A stretch of DNA of 58,350 bases, filler included, from a bacterium (lineage in GTDB: Bacteria > UBP15 > UBA6099 > JAJRTR01): assembly GCA_024278215.1 (NCBI GenBank). It is 4 parts of 4 records of this genome, joined end to end, with 100 filler letters (N's around TTAATTAATTAA, not from the genome) between each part and the next. Parts side by side here need not be neighbours in the genome. Positions count along the whole stretch, not along the records: positions 10,443 to 23,847 come from JAJRTR010000018.1; positions 23,948 to 45,069 come from JAJRTR010000019.1; 2 more parts are not named here. One strand, written 5' to 3'. Position 1 is the first letter of the stretch, and the number at the start of each line of letters is the position of its first letter. A model generated the notes under the pieces. It was not told the DNA's origin. It searched no databases and worked only from the letters and a program-made list of their open reading frames with translations. The translations under genes and the position numbers were made by a program. Shown piece after piece: positions 17,387-30,300 of this stretch.

Positions 17387-20300
17387 TTACTGCTTGAATA
17401 TTGTCAACTTCCCTGTTTTAGTGGTCGTGCCGCGGCTGGTTGTTGCAACCAGCCTGAATGCGTATATGCCGTTACCGACTATGTGGTTGGACAGGTCGAG
17501 GCCATACCACAGGAATTCATTGTAACCGGCATCCGTAAAGACTTGGGTTTCCGTGTGGACGAGTTTGCCGGAACGGTTATATATTTCGAGAGTTACCGTT
17601 GCCATACTGTCGGCGATCTGGAAAGCGATGCGGGTGGGCTCGCCGGTGCGCGGATCGAAGATGCCGGGTCCGCTGAAAACGTCGCGCAGAGTCGAGCCGC
17701 CCGCGACTTCCACGTCCCATTGCGTCGTCTGCTCGTTCAGGTTGTAGTCCTTCACAGAGAGTTCGACCGTGTATTTACCGGCAGGCAGCCCGCCTGGATA
17801 TACTGTGCTGCTCGGGTACCATTTGATGACGCAGTCGGTTGCGGAAGAGCAATCCGTCGTGTCCGGTGAACTCGAACCGGCTGTAACCGGCTCGCCACTG
17901 GAATTTTTCACAGTGACGGCTATCGAGCTTAGATCGACGCCGACGCCCTCGTCGCTGAGGCTGACGTGCAGCCTTATTTCGTCGGGATCGACATAGTCGC
18001 CGTCGATGATATTGTCGTGATAATTGTCCGTGGAAGCGATGTAATCCTCGATAGTCGGCGGCACGCGGTCGTCGGATTTGAAGTATATCGAGAAGGTGTC
18101 GCCGTAGTTATAGGTTTCGTTTGTGAGTTTGATAGTGACGACAGCCTGCCCTTCGGCGGTCGAAGCGATGTAGGCCTCGACAAAACCGGTGGAGTCGGTT
18201 GTGAGTTGTTCGTCGGGCGTTATTGACACGGCTGTCGAGTAGCCGGAGATGCTCGCGTCGATCTCGATGGGTTCGTCCGATATGGCGTTGCCGTACATGT
18301 CGTAGACTCGCACCCTGATGATGCCGCGTTCGGAGCCGTCGGCGGTGATGCGCTCGAGGCCGGAACTCTGGGTGTATGGATAGTCGATAATGGAAAGTTC
18401 GGTGCCGCCGTTGTCGTCTACCTTTTGAACGCTGGATTTCTGTACGTCCGCGGGCAATTGATCGGTGTCGGTTTTTTGTGTTGTTGTCACAGTCAGTGCC
18501 GAAACATCGTAGGGGTCCGCCGGGTCGATCGTGTAGCTCTGGCCGACGGAAGTGAGACCGGTGGATGTGAAAGAGAGACTCGCCTGGCTGGATGATGTAA
18601 CAGCCTTCGTGTCGTAGTAATAGAAGTCCACAGATTCGGAGCCGGCGCTGATCTTAACGGAAGACACAGACGACGAAGTCGAAGTCGGATACCTGAATTC
18701 GCCGGTGGAAGTATTGGTCGTCGAAAGGCTTATGGTGACATCTGAGGTCGGGGTGACGGTGTTGCCGTACTGGTCGCGGACGCCGATCTGGAATTTGCCT
18801 GAAGGCGTTCCGGCAGTGAGCGGCGACGCGGGGCTCGTGAGTAGAACAAGCGTATACTCGGCGTCCGGCACGAAGTTGATAACGGCAGTGCCGCCGATGT
18901 CGGTATAGCCGACGCTGTCGCTGTCGGTCAGGGACAGGGTAACGGTCTGGTATACGCTGTCGGAGAGGGGGATGGTGAAGGTGCCGCTGGCGGCGCGCGC
19001 GGCGAGCTGGTTTGTCTGAAGCCCAGAAAGCGCCGTGCCTATTGTCGGAGTCGCGAATGTCGGTGAATCCGAATCCACTGATCCCGTCGCGATAATCGTG
19101 AATATATCATTACTGTTTGTCACAAGGTTACCGTCCGCGTCGCGCACGTAACATGTGATGTTGGTGGACATGCCGACGGTAGTTGTCGCATAAGACGATG
19201 CGGAGAACTCGACTTTTTTCGGTGCGCCGGGCGCGAAATAGATCGTGCCGGAAGCGGTGTCGCCAATGGAAGATTGCGCGTCGACATCGACGGATATAGT
19301 CTCGGAAACCGTATCCGTTATGGTGAGTGTAAGCTTTCCGGCGGTAGTGCTCGCATCAACTATCTGAGAGCTTACAAAGATGTCTATGGTGCCCTCGGTG
19401 GCGCTGGTTATAGCCGCGGTTCCGCTGACCGTTACAGTCATTGTCCAGCTTCCGGTGTCGATGAAATTGCCGTAATCGTCATAAGTTTCGATATAAAACG
19501 TGGCCGTTGCATCGGTCGACGTGTCGGCGGTAGTCAGTATGATCTGCGTGGGCGTGTCGGTCGTGACAGTTATAGGAAGGTCGGTCGTGTTCGACGCGTG
19601 ATGCTGCGGCAGGAGTTCGTTGAGCGCGGTGATAGAGGCGAGTATTTCCTCGCCCGGCGGCGTCTCGACAGTGTCCTCGATAATGATCTGCGCGGTGCCG
19701 TCGGTGAGGTAGCCTGTGACAGCCGTGTAGGTGGCGGACATCAACGCGGTGTTGTCGGGCGATTGCGAAGTGAGAGTGCCGGAGTAAACGTGTTTCTGCG
19801 ACGCCGGGCTGACGGAACCGCCGGTCATAGAGAAACTCACGCCGATGTTTCTGGCCGGGCCTGTGCTGATGGCCATGCCGTCGTTGTCGTAGACGGTGAC
19901 CGTGAGCGGCTCGGCGGATGCGCCCGCGACCATCGTGCCGTCCTGGGCGGTCAGCGCGATATAGTCTGCGGCGACATAGAGAGTCTGCGTGCCGAAGAAC
20001 TGGTAATCTTCAGTGATGGTCGACAGGTCGATGGGGCCGATGTCGACGAGGTCGACCCATTGATCGTCGTCGTAATCGACGTCCTTGATGCTCAGCCAAC
20101 GTGTGGATGTCGCGACTTTGAACTTGTAGAGTCCCTGCTGGTTTATCGGGTCGACCTCGACAAACATGTCGGGATAGACCCTGTCGCCGGTGACGGACTC
20201 GAAGTAGAAGTTGGTCGTGTTGCCAAGGCCGGAAATGCCGGTGGGAGTTGAAGTGGCGAACTGGACATATATGCCGACATTGGTCTGGTATTCCAGGCCG

Positions 20301-23300
20301 CCGCGGAGAGCGTAGTTGCCGGGTTCGGGGGCGGCCGGTATGGTGCCGATGTTGCCGTTTTCGCCGATGAGTTTCAGATATGTCTGGCCGTTGCCGGCGC
20401 CACCGGGTTCCACGGAGTTAGGCGGAGTTACCGCGTCGATTGTGTCATAGCCCGATTTAGTTATTGTCAGTCCGGCGGCGGACCACGTGTTGAAATAATA
20501 CATATTCAGATTCGTGCCCAGGCTGGAGTAGGCGGGTGGAGTGCCGCCGTGCGCGAGTGTCGCGCCTGTTATCGGGTTGTTGTACTGGTCGTAAAGTTCG
20601 ACAACCAGCGGGAACTCGAGAGGAACACCCGTGTCGTAGGTGAAGTCCGGGACGACCACAGTGCCTGTCGCGGAAACCCCGCTCGCCGCGGCGCAGCCGT
20701 ATACAAAACCCTGTTTCCTGTATTGTACATAATAATTGCCGTTCGAATGCCCGAGATACCACGCCGGGCCCGCGGCGTCGTAGACCGGTGATACGGCGGG
20801 TGTCACTTCCGAACTGCACACGGAATCGGAATAGAGTTTCACGGTGTCGGTGCTGCCGAATGCAAGAGTGTTGTTCAGTTCATCTTCGAGCGAGTCGATC
20901 ATTATCGTATATTCAAGATCGTCGCCCCCGGCGGTGATCCATGCGGGTGTCGATTGAGTGGTTGTATTTACATTTATGGAAGCGTCGTCGATTCGTTCCA
21001 TGTAGCCGGTTTTCAGCAGTTTCACCCAGTGTGCGCCTGTGGTCTGTGGAGCGATATAGAAAGTAGACGAGGCGGCGTACCATGTCGGGCCGTAAGCCGG
21101 GGCCTCCTCGGCGGTGCATGAAGCGTCTGTGCAGATAGTGATAGTCTCGGAGCCGTCGAGATCGACGCCGTAGCCGAGTTCCGTAATGATGCTTGCCGTG
21201 GCGCCCTGCACAGTGATCTGGTACATGAGGCCGTCGCCGCCGGTCTGCGTCCAGCCGGGTGAAACCTGCGCCGTGACGGCTGCCGTGATGGTCGCGCCGT
21301 CGATTGTGTCGATAAAGCCGTCGCTCTGCACCTCGATTCGTTTACCGCCTGTCGTGGCGGGCGCGATATACCATGAAGTGCCGGAGAACTGTGATGTAAG
21401 CGGTGCCTCGGTCGAGCCGCAGGACGGGTCGAGACACACGGTGATCGTCTCACTTCCATCGGCGGTGACAGCAACGCCGATCTCTGTTTCCATCATGCCC
21501 GTGCCGCTCTGCACGAGAATCTGGAAGGGGAGTCCGTCGCCGCCCGGGCCGTCCCATGCGGGCACGGCCCTCGTCGTGTTCGACGTCGCGGCGATCTGGG
21601 AGCCGTCTACGGTTCGCACGTAGCCGGGTTCGCTGATGCGCATGTAGTAATTGCCGTCGAGTGAGGGAGAGATGAACCACGCGCCGGATGCAGCGCTCCA
21701 GAACCGCGCGAGTGGCGATTGCGGGTCGCCGCCGCTCGAACAGTCGAACGCGGCGCATATCTCGACAGTTTCGTCACCGTCGAGTGTCAGCGCGTTGCCG
21801 AGTTCGTCCTCGAACGCGCCCGCGCCGCCCGCGACCATGATAAGATACTGCAGACCGGCATACTGGTTCGATGAGCCGATGACCGGCGCGACGGCGCTGG
21901 TGGCGTAGGCGTCGAAATAAAGGATAGTCTGTCCGCTTGTCGCGGGCTGAAACGCCGCCGCGATGCCGCTGTTGGAAACTTCCGGATTGATGAAACCTGT
22001 TTTTCTTATTGTCAGCAGGCCGTTTGTCGATGTCGCCCAGACGGCCATGTTCGCGTTCTCGTAATCCGGGGCACCGCCGTTGAAGGTGAGAGTATCCAGT
22101 CCGGTCGTGTCCGTCGCGTTGCCGAACTCGTCGGCCATGTATATTTTCAGCGGGTATTTGAGACCGTCCGTGTCGGCCTGCGTCCAGCCGGGCATCACCT
22201 GCGGGCCGGACGCGTTCGGAGCTATCGAAGTGTTGTCGATCGTGTCGACGAAACCGGTTTTGTACATCTTCATCCACGCGGTGGATGTGCTCAGGGGTGC
22301 GATGTACCACGACGACGTCAGTGTGTCCCATGTCGGGCCAAGAACGGGCGACTCCGTACTCGAACAATCGCTCGCCGTACATACGGCCAGAGTTTCCGAG
22401 CCCGCCAGGGTGAGGTCCGTGCCGAATTCGTTCTGGAAAACGCTGCCTGTGTCGTCGACCCTGATCTGGTACATGAGGCCGTCGGCGGCGGCCTGCGTCC
22501 AGGCGGGCATCTGCTGCGATGCCGTCGACGCGGTAATGCTCGCGCCATCGCAGGATTCGATGAAACCGAGATCGTATATTGCAATGTATTTTGTGCCGGT
22601 GGAGGCGGGCGCGATGTACCACGAATCGGTGTCGAAGTTGGAAATAGCCGGCGTTTCCGTCGCTGTGCAGGCGGCGTCGGTGGTGACGCTGACGACTTCG
22701 TTGCCGTCGAGTGTAATCGCCGCGCCGATCTCGGACTCGACGGCTGCCGCGCCGCCCGTGACTTTTATCTGATACTGAAGTCCGTCGCCGGTAGTGTCGT
22801 CCCAGTCGGGCGTTTCCTGTGCGGCGGCCGGATCGAGATTGCGCACTGTACTGTCCGCTGTGCTGACGAACCCTGTGGTCGAGATATGCACGTAGCGCGC
22901 CGCGCCGGCGACGCTCGGCGCGATAAACCACGAACTGCTCGCTGCCGACCACACGCTGCTCGCGGGCGTTTCCGGGCCGGGCGCGCCGCAGCCGACTGCG
23001 TTGCAGATTAGAATCTCCTCGGTGCCGTCGAGCGCGAGTTGGTTGCCCAGTTCGTCTTCATACAAGCCCGCCCCGCCTGTAATTTTCAGAAGGTATTCGA
23101 GGCCGCGGTATGTGTTCGCGGAACTGCCGATTGTCGGCGCGGCGGCGTTCTGCGCGTAGTTCCCGAATGCAAGTACCGTCTGCGAATTCGTCGCGGGCTG
23201 GAAGGCGGCGGCCAGGCCGGTGTTTGTGACTTCCGTGTTGACGTAACCTGTTTCGGTGATTCTCAGTTGGGCGTTTGTGTCCGTGGCCCAGACAGCCATG

Positions 23301-23847
23301 TTCGCACTCGAGTAATCCGGGGCAGTCGAGTTGAAGGTGATCGAGTCCAGCACGGCGATATTCATCGCTGTGTCGAGTTCGTCGCCGACATAGACTTTGA
23401 GCGGGAACTTCAGCCCGTCGGCGGCGGCCATCGTCCATTCGGGAATCGCCTGCGGGCCCGACGCGGAGGGCGTTATGGCCACGCTGTCTATGGTATCGAC
23501 ATAGCCCGATTTATACATTTTTATATAACGTGAGCTTGTGCTCGCGGGCGCGATGTACCACGCGGTGCCGTCCCATTCCGGACCGACCGAAGGCGCTTCC
23601 GTGCCGGTGCAGGTGCCGTCTGTGCAGACATCCATGGATTCTGTGCCGTCGAGCGACAGGTCGTTGCCCATTTCGTCCTGGAACTTGCTGCCCGTGTCGA
23701 CGATTTTGATCTGGTACGGGAGGCCGTCCGCACCCGACCACGCAGGGCTGACCTGTGTTGTATTCGATGTCGTGATGCTCGAGCCGTCGCAGGTTTCGAT
23801 GAAGCCGAGATCATAGGCGGCCAGCCACTTATTGCCAGTGCTCGCGG
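17387..23847 (-). CDS. Giant repeat surface protein (>2150 aa, 5' truncated) with C-terminal FlgD-Ig/T9SS-type sorting domain
   Basis: Frame stays open to the contig edge. About 100-aa Cys-containing repeats, Ig/Big domains, and C-terminus TRIAFQI...VTLEIYNRSGKLV...WYGLD...GNGIYAFRL...GKLTIFK. Confidence 0.85.
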
Positions 23848-23947
23848 NNNNNNNNNNNNNNNNNNNNNNNNNNNNNNNNNNNNNNNNNNNNTTAATTAAT
23901 TAANNNNNNNNNNNNNNNNNNNNNNNNNNNNNNNNNNNNNNNNNNNN
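23848..23947. other. Artificial contig linker
   Basis: N44-TTAATTAATTAA-N44. Confidence 0.98.
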
Positions 23948-24924
23948 GTCATCACGTCTCCGGTTTTGAGCACCTTCGTGTTGTCCGCTGACGTAACGCC
24001 CGTCAGGGCGGAACCGTCGCCTGTATGTGTGCCTGAAATGGTGGTCGCAGACACTGTCGTTGCCGTAACAGTAGCTGCCGTAATCGTGCCGGTCGCGGCG
24101 GTTATGTCGCCGGAAACAAGTACATTCGCATCCACATTCAGATCGCCCGTCATCACGTCTCCGGTTTTGAGCACCTTCGTGTTGTCCGCTGACGTAACGC
24201 CCGTCAGGGCGGAACCGTCGCCCGTATGTGTGCCTGAAATAGTTGTTGCGGATACAGTTGTTGCCGTAACGGTCGCCGCCGAAACGGTACCTGTCGCAGC
24301 GGTGATGTCGCCGGAAACAAGTACATTCGAATCCACATTCAGATCGCCCGTCATCGTGTCACCGGTTTTTGCTACATCACCAGTTGCGACAACCCCGGTC
24401 AAACCCGAGCCATCGCCTACAAAATTATTTGCAGTTATCGTTCCTGTAGCAGCAGTAATATTTCCTGATGTGATAATCGCCGCATTGACCTCCAGATTGC
24501 CGGTCATCACATCGCCGGATTTCGACACACCGTCCATTCCAAGCGTATAAGCGGAGGACACAATTTCCTCAGATGGAGAAAGCACTTCACCCGCGACTGT
24601 TATTTGAAGGTACATCGTTCCCGAGCTCCACGGAACAGCGCTCAGATCGCAATTTGTCCCAATCAGATAGTTGAAACGACCGTAAGTCACCTGCACATTG
24701 TTCGCGGTATCAGAGCAATACACACTACCCGAGCAATCAGATGTGTTGCATATCTTGAAAACAAAATCCGTTTGCACGTTCACAGGCGTCCCGGCACTGT
24801 TTTTCAGATACCCCTGGTAATTGATCTTCTGTGGTACAAAAGCTAACGAACGGTATTGCATTGAGATAGTAAAAACAGCGAGGAATACTAAACACAAACA
24901 AAAAAATCGTTTAAAGAACATCAT
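23948..24924 (-). CDS. Secreted phage-tail-fibre-like repeat protein, paralog of 9529 (3' truncated)
   Basis: Signal peptide, PQKINYQGYLK domain, 67-aa (201-bp) near-identical tandem repeats KTGDVMTGDLNV...GDGSALTGV. Confidence 0.75.
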
Positions 24925-25158
24925 TGCACCGCCCCGAATTCATCCCAACACATGGAAGTATAGAAGAATTTTGTATATTGTGGGGATATATCATAATAAA
25001 TTTGGAATTACCACTTATACCGTCTTTTGCGATTTGCTTTATAACATTTATTATACTATATTCTGCGAAAAACCGCAACATTGCGTCTGTTAAATTCTGT
25101 AATTCAGAACCGTTTGCAGAGGGAAAAAAGAAATAGTGGCTATCCACTTGACGCAAGT

Positions 25159-25190
25159 AACCCGGATTTCGGCGTGAGAAATCAGGGGTA
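25159..25190. repeat. Mini family B element (termini only)
   Basis: TAACCCGGATTTC...GTGAGAAATCAGGGGTA; overlaps the stop codon of the sigma54 activator. Confidence 0.5.
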
Positions 25191-26528
25191 AGGGAGATTC
25201 GTTTTGATACAGTATCTTTTCATTTTGCGCCACAGTGTTGTACGGTGCATTCCGAGTTCGCGGGCGGCGTTTTCACGGTTGCCGTTGTGTCGCTGAAGCG
25301 TTTCCCGGATAACAGCTTCTTCAGAACTCTCCCCGAATCCATTTTTTCCCCCGTTAGCTGCAGCTTTTACAGTATCCTGTATCTTAACCGGCAGGTGTTC
25401 CGGACAAATTGTTTCACCGCTGCAGAGAACGAATGCGTGTTCGACGGCGTTTTCGAGTTCGCGCACATTGCCGGGGAAATCATATTGTCTGAGTATCGAA
25501 AGTGTTTCTGGTGACACATTGCGTATCGATTTGCCGGTTCGCGAGCGAAGTTTATTGATGAAATGTTCGATAAGCAGCGGAATGTCTTCCAGTCTCTGTT
25601 TCAGCGGCGGTATGTCTATGTTTATGACATTTATGCGATAGTAGAGGTCTTCCCTGAACCGGCCGGCTGCGATCATCTGCTCGAGGTTCTGGTTTGTCGC
25701 GGCGATGATTCGGGCATTAGTGTGAAGAGTATCCGTGGCGCCGACAGGCAGGAACTCGCCGTTATTGAGCACACGCAGCAACTTCGCCTGGATGGGCAGA
25801 GACATCTCGCTTAGTTCGTCGAGCAGCAGCGAGCCGTCGCGGGCAACATAGAAAAGGCCGGGTTTGTCTCGCAGCGCATCTGTAAAAGCACCCTTCACGT
25901 GTCCAAAGAGTTCGGATTCGAGAAGCGGCTCGGGCAGAGCCGCGCAATTGATCTTCACGAACGCACCGCCGGCGTGCGGACTCATATTGTGGAGCGCAAG
26001 TGAAATAAGTTCTTTCCCCGAACCGCTGGGCCCCTGTATCAGCACATTGCATTCAGACTTTGCGATCTCGGGCAGGATGCTGAATATCCGTTGCATTTCT
26101 TCGTTACAACTGACGATTTCTCCGAGTTTGTTGCCGCTCTTGATCTGTTTTCTCAAGTCCTCGATCATCGTCAGGTCCCTGAAGAACTCCACTGCGCCGA
26201 TTGTCCTGCCGTTGTCGTCGCGCAAGATCATCGTGCTTACACTCACAACAACCTTCCGCCCATCTTTTGTCATGATCGTCACACGCTCGTCCCTGATCGG
26301 TTTATGGTCCTTGAGCGTTGAGATCAGCGCACACTTCTGTTTGCAGAGATTCGTGCGGAAAACGTCGAAGCAATATTTCCCGACTGCCTCCTTCTTCGAA
26401 AACCCGGAAATCTCTTCGGCCGCGCGATTGAAAGAAGTGATTTTACAATCGTGGTCAATAGTGAAAACACCTTCGCTTATATTGTCGAAGATGATCGGAA
26501 GGATTTCATTTTGTGTCATAATTGTCAT
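25182..26528 (-). CDS. PAS-domain sigma54-dependent transcriptional activator (Fis-type HTH)
   Basis: PAS, GPSGSGKE, ESELFGHVKGAFTDA, FREDLYYR, FPGNVRELEN, LGMHRTTLWRKM. Start position approximate. Confidence 0.95.
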   Translation of the reverse strand: MTIMTQNEILPIIFDNISEGVFTIDHDCKITSFNRAAEEISGFSKKEAVGKYCFDVFRTNLCKQKCALISTLKDHKPIRDERVTIMTKDGRKVVVSVSTMILRDDNGRTIGAVEFFRDLTMIEDLRKQIKSGNKLGEIVSCNEEMQRIFSILPEIAKSECNVLIQGPSGSGKELISLALHNMSPHAGGAFVKINCAALPEPLLESELFGHVKGAFTDALRDKPGLFYVARDGSLLLDELSEMSLPIQAKLLRVLNNGEFLPVGATDTLHTNARIIAATNQNLEQMIAAGRFREDLYYRINVINIDIPPLKQRLEDIPLLIEHFINKLRSRTGKSIRNVSPETLSILRQYDFPGNVRELENAVEHAFVLCSGETICPEHLPVKIQDTVKAAANGGKNGFGESSEEAVIRETLQRHNGNRENAARELGMHRTTLWRKMKRYCIKTNLPYP

Positions 26529-26783
26529 GTCGCATCCGTGTTGCATTGTGTTGCCATATTTCGTATTCGTGCGATTATTACTACGCCTCTCTTGTATTTG
26601 AATTGAATAAGTTTTTCCATCGCAGGTCGCACTTTCAGCCATTATGCCTTTTTGAAAAGGCGTTAAAGGGTTTTCATTCGGGTACTACTCAACAGAAAAG
26701 GGATAGCCCGCATATTTTAACAATGGGGGATAAGAAAGCAGTTTTGGCCCAAGCCGAATACCATTGGTTAATAAGCTGTAAAA

Positions 26784-27266
26784 TCATACACTTTTCAAAG
26801 CTTTTTCTTCATCAACGCTGAAAATCTTTTCCACATTAAGAAAAATAATAAGCTTGTTGTCTTTTTTCGCAACACCTCTGATGAAGTTACGGTTGATGCT
26901 AGTTTTCAGATTTCCGAGTTGCGGTACACTTTTCATTTTATCGTGTGTTATCCGGAATACTTCGTGAACCTGGTCGACTATCATGCCCACAACAATGCCG
27001 ATGTTGAGTTCGACAAGCACTATCCTTGTTTCTTTCCCATATTCTTTAGCTGTGAGCCCGAATCGTTTGCGCAGGTCTACGATAGGGATTATCGATTCCC
27101 TGAGGTTTATTACGCCTTCGACAAAATCGGGCATTCCCGGCAATGATGTTATCTCACCTACCCTTTCGACGCCCTGAACTTTCATCACATTCACAGCGAA
27201 TATTTCTTTATCGAGCACGAAACTCACCAGTTGCAGAATATCACTTACTCTGGTATTTTGCTCCAT
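26784..27266 (-). CDS. cheW: Chemotaxis adaptor CheW
   Basis: LVSFVL..EIFAV, FVEGVINLRESIIPIVDLRKRF, GMIVDQVHEV. Confidence 0.95.
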   Translation of the reverse strand: MEQNTRVSDILQLVSFVLDKEIFAVNVMKVQGVERVGEITSLPGMPDFVEGVINLRESIIPIVDLRKRFGLTAKEYGKETRIVLVELNIGIVVGMIVDQVHEVFRITHDKMKSVPQLGNLKTSINRNFIRGVAKKDNKLIIFLNVEKIFSVDEEKALKSV

Positions 27267-27336
27267 GTTTTCCTTTAACTCCTATGTTTTCTGATACATG
27301 CGCCATGCGTTCGCATCGTCGTGTATCGCTGCCGGC

Positions 27337-30300
27337 TCACTGGCACGGACTTGTTGATGAAGATGCTACGAGTGATCCCCAGAAACTTTTCATGATGGCA
27401 ATATCCAGCGCATTAACAGTTCCGTCGCCATTGTTATCCACGTTGATGTCATATTCGGGGTCCCCCTCGAGTTTACCCCATGCCGGTTTCATAACAGCAA
27501 GGTCGAGTGCGTTGACGATATTATCGCAATTCGTGTTGCCGATGACCGGGCCTGCACCTACAGGTGCCGGTTCCGGTGTAAGCAGATCGAACGGCGGCGA
27601 ACCTTCCTGGAGATTGATGTCTTTGTGTAGAGTATAGTAACCGATGCCTCCCGACATGGGAGCGGAGACCGGGTAACCGCTTCCATCCACGACAAGAAGC
27701 CGGACATCATACTTCTCGCTTGTGCTGCCGTCTTCGTATATCAACTGATAGTAGCCGTCCGAATCGGTGTAGGCGGTGGCGAGTGTCTGCCCGTCTGAGT
27801 CAACGAGCATAACGGTCAGGTTTTCCTTGCCGACTTTCATGTACTCGTTTGTGGCGGGGTCTCGCTGGTCCATGTCCCGAACCCTGATGCGGCCGCGGAC
27901 GCCTTTTGTGCCGTATATGCAGGTAGTAACCGACGACGAGGCACTTTCATTGCCGCCTTCGTCGACCGCCGTGACAGAGTAGCTGTACAGTATACCTGTC
28001 GAAATTGTGTAATCGTTGTATGACGAACTCGGCACAAGCGTTTCGCCGTTGATCTTTACGGTTGTGGTAGCGCCGGTGTAATATCTGTAGACATTGTATC
28101 CCTGATGATCCGCATAAGAAGAGCCGTCGGTGTTCTGGGTGGGTTTCGTCCAGGAAAGGCCGCAAACGCCGCTGCCCGGCGTGGTCAGCAGGTTTGTGGG
28201 CGCATTGGGCGGGTAATCTGTCGGCGCGCCGGGTGTCGCATAAGTTTCCGACGAGAACGCGCTTTCATTCGCCGGATTAGAACTGTCCACTGATTTCATC
28301 GCATAATAGTATGTTGTTCCATCCACAACATTTGTGTCCTGGTAATTTGTTTTTGTCGGTTCCAGCTGTGATGTGAGAAGCTGATAATTACCGGAGGAGA
28401 TGCCCCTGTAGAGGAGGAACCCCGCGAGATCGGTCAGGGGCGTCCCGTTCGTGTTTTCATCGGGAATCGTCCATGTGAGGTTCACCTGCCCGGTAGCGCC
28501 AAGGGCGAGCAGGTCACCCGGTGGATTAGGTATGGCGTCGTCGCTGTTCACCGCGGTCGCCGACACTTCCGTGGACTGCGGGCTGTAATTGACCGGGGCC
28601 GCGTCGTCACCCGCAACCACCACATAGAAATATTCCGTACCTGTGGCGACGGTATAATCTTTGTATGTTGTCCATGTCGCCGGTATCATGGCATCCAGCG
28701 TACCGTCGTTCCTGTTTACAGCGTACTGCGGATCGGGATTCTGCCCACCACTTGTCGTACTCCTGAAGACTTCATAGCCCATAAGGTCTGTTAGCGCAGA
28801 CCCATCGGTATTCAGCGTAGGTGTCGACCATGAGATGAGCACATATTCATCGCCTTCGGCGGTGGAATCATCGCCCGCGGCAGCCGCGACACTTCCGGGG
28901 GTTGCAGGTGCGACATTATCCTGATATTGAATGCCGATTTCCACTACATTATCGTCTTCGTTCGGAGGCGATACGCTGTCCTGCGCGCGCACTGTGAAGA
29001 AGGCCCACTGTTCGTCTTCGAAACCTGTGGCGATATATATTGTCGCCGTCGTTGTATACGTGGGCGTGGAGAACGTGTACAAGCCGGAGAGTGGCGCCTG
29101 GTAGATGTTATATTGCACCGGAGTGGACTGGTCCTGGGCTTCGTCCCACTGAAGTTGAAGTTCGCCGTCGCCGCTGTATATCGAGAGTCCGGTGATGCCG
29201 CCGAACACCGGCGGGTCGGTGTCGCCGGGCGTGCCGGAGAGTTCTGTTGTCCATGTGCTGCTTTCGTTGGCATAGATACTTGCGTCCACAGAAGTGACGA
29301 GGTAGTAATAAGTTGTGCCGTCCGTCAGGCCGGTGACGTCGTAGTAGCTTCCGGCGGGTGCCTGATAAGTTGGTGAGCTGAAATCGTATATGCCGGATGT
29401 CGTTGTCTGGTAAATGTTGTATGTCACAGGTGTGGAACGGTCCGAAGCTTCATCCCATGAGACCCTTAGAGTGCCGCCTTCCGTAGTATTGGAGACAGAC
29501 TGTGCGCCCGCGAATGTCGGCGGTGTCCTGTCAGTGGGTGTCGCGGATACTATCACATCCGCCGTAGTTTCATTCTGCGGATAGAAATCGACAGCGTCGA
29601 ACGCGCCGACGGCGAAGTAGTACAACTCGTTGTTGTCGAGACCGGTTATGGACAGGGAAGTGCTTGCTGTATTGCTGACCGTATAGTCTGGTTCATCCAA
29701 CAGATTCGTTGTTGTGCCCTTCTGGACATAAATGTTATATCTCACAGGCAGTGTGTCGTCGGTGGGCTGGCTCCATGTCAGTAGCACTTCGTTTCCGATC
29801 ATTGTGTCCGCTGCCGACTCGAGGCCGTCGAAATCCGGTGGCACGTTGTCGACCGGCATACCGCCCATGATGTTTGTGTTGGTGTCTTCGTTGCCTGCCG
29901 AGTCCTCGGCGCGCACGACGAAGTAATATGTCTGCTTGTTTTCGAGACTTGAAATCGTGACCGATGTCACCGAGGTGGACGTTTTTATTCCATCGGCGAG
30001 GACTTCCGCGAGGGTGCCGTTTTTCTTATAGTAGATGTTGTATGTTATCGGTAGGGAATTGTCTGTCGCGGTGGACCACGATACTTTGATTTCCTTACTT
30101 GTGGTAGTCACGTTTTTAACTGATTCGACGCCCTCGAAACTCGGCGGCGACTGGTCTGTCGGAATGCCGGACAACTGCACTGTGTTCGTGGAATAGTTGG
30201 GTGGCGATGCCGCGTCTCTCGCCCAGATGGAAAACTTGTGCGACACCCCGTTTGTCAGGCCGTCCACGTCGTAATAGTTTGTCCCGTATACTTCGGCTAT

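Noticed and set aside
26540-26560. sigma54 -24/-12 promoter candidates (also near 55765 and 33745)
   Set aside because: TGGCA words lack the GG-N10-GC spacing.
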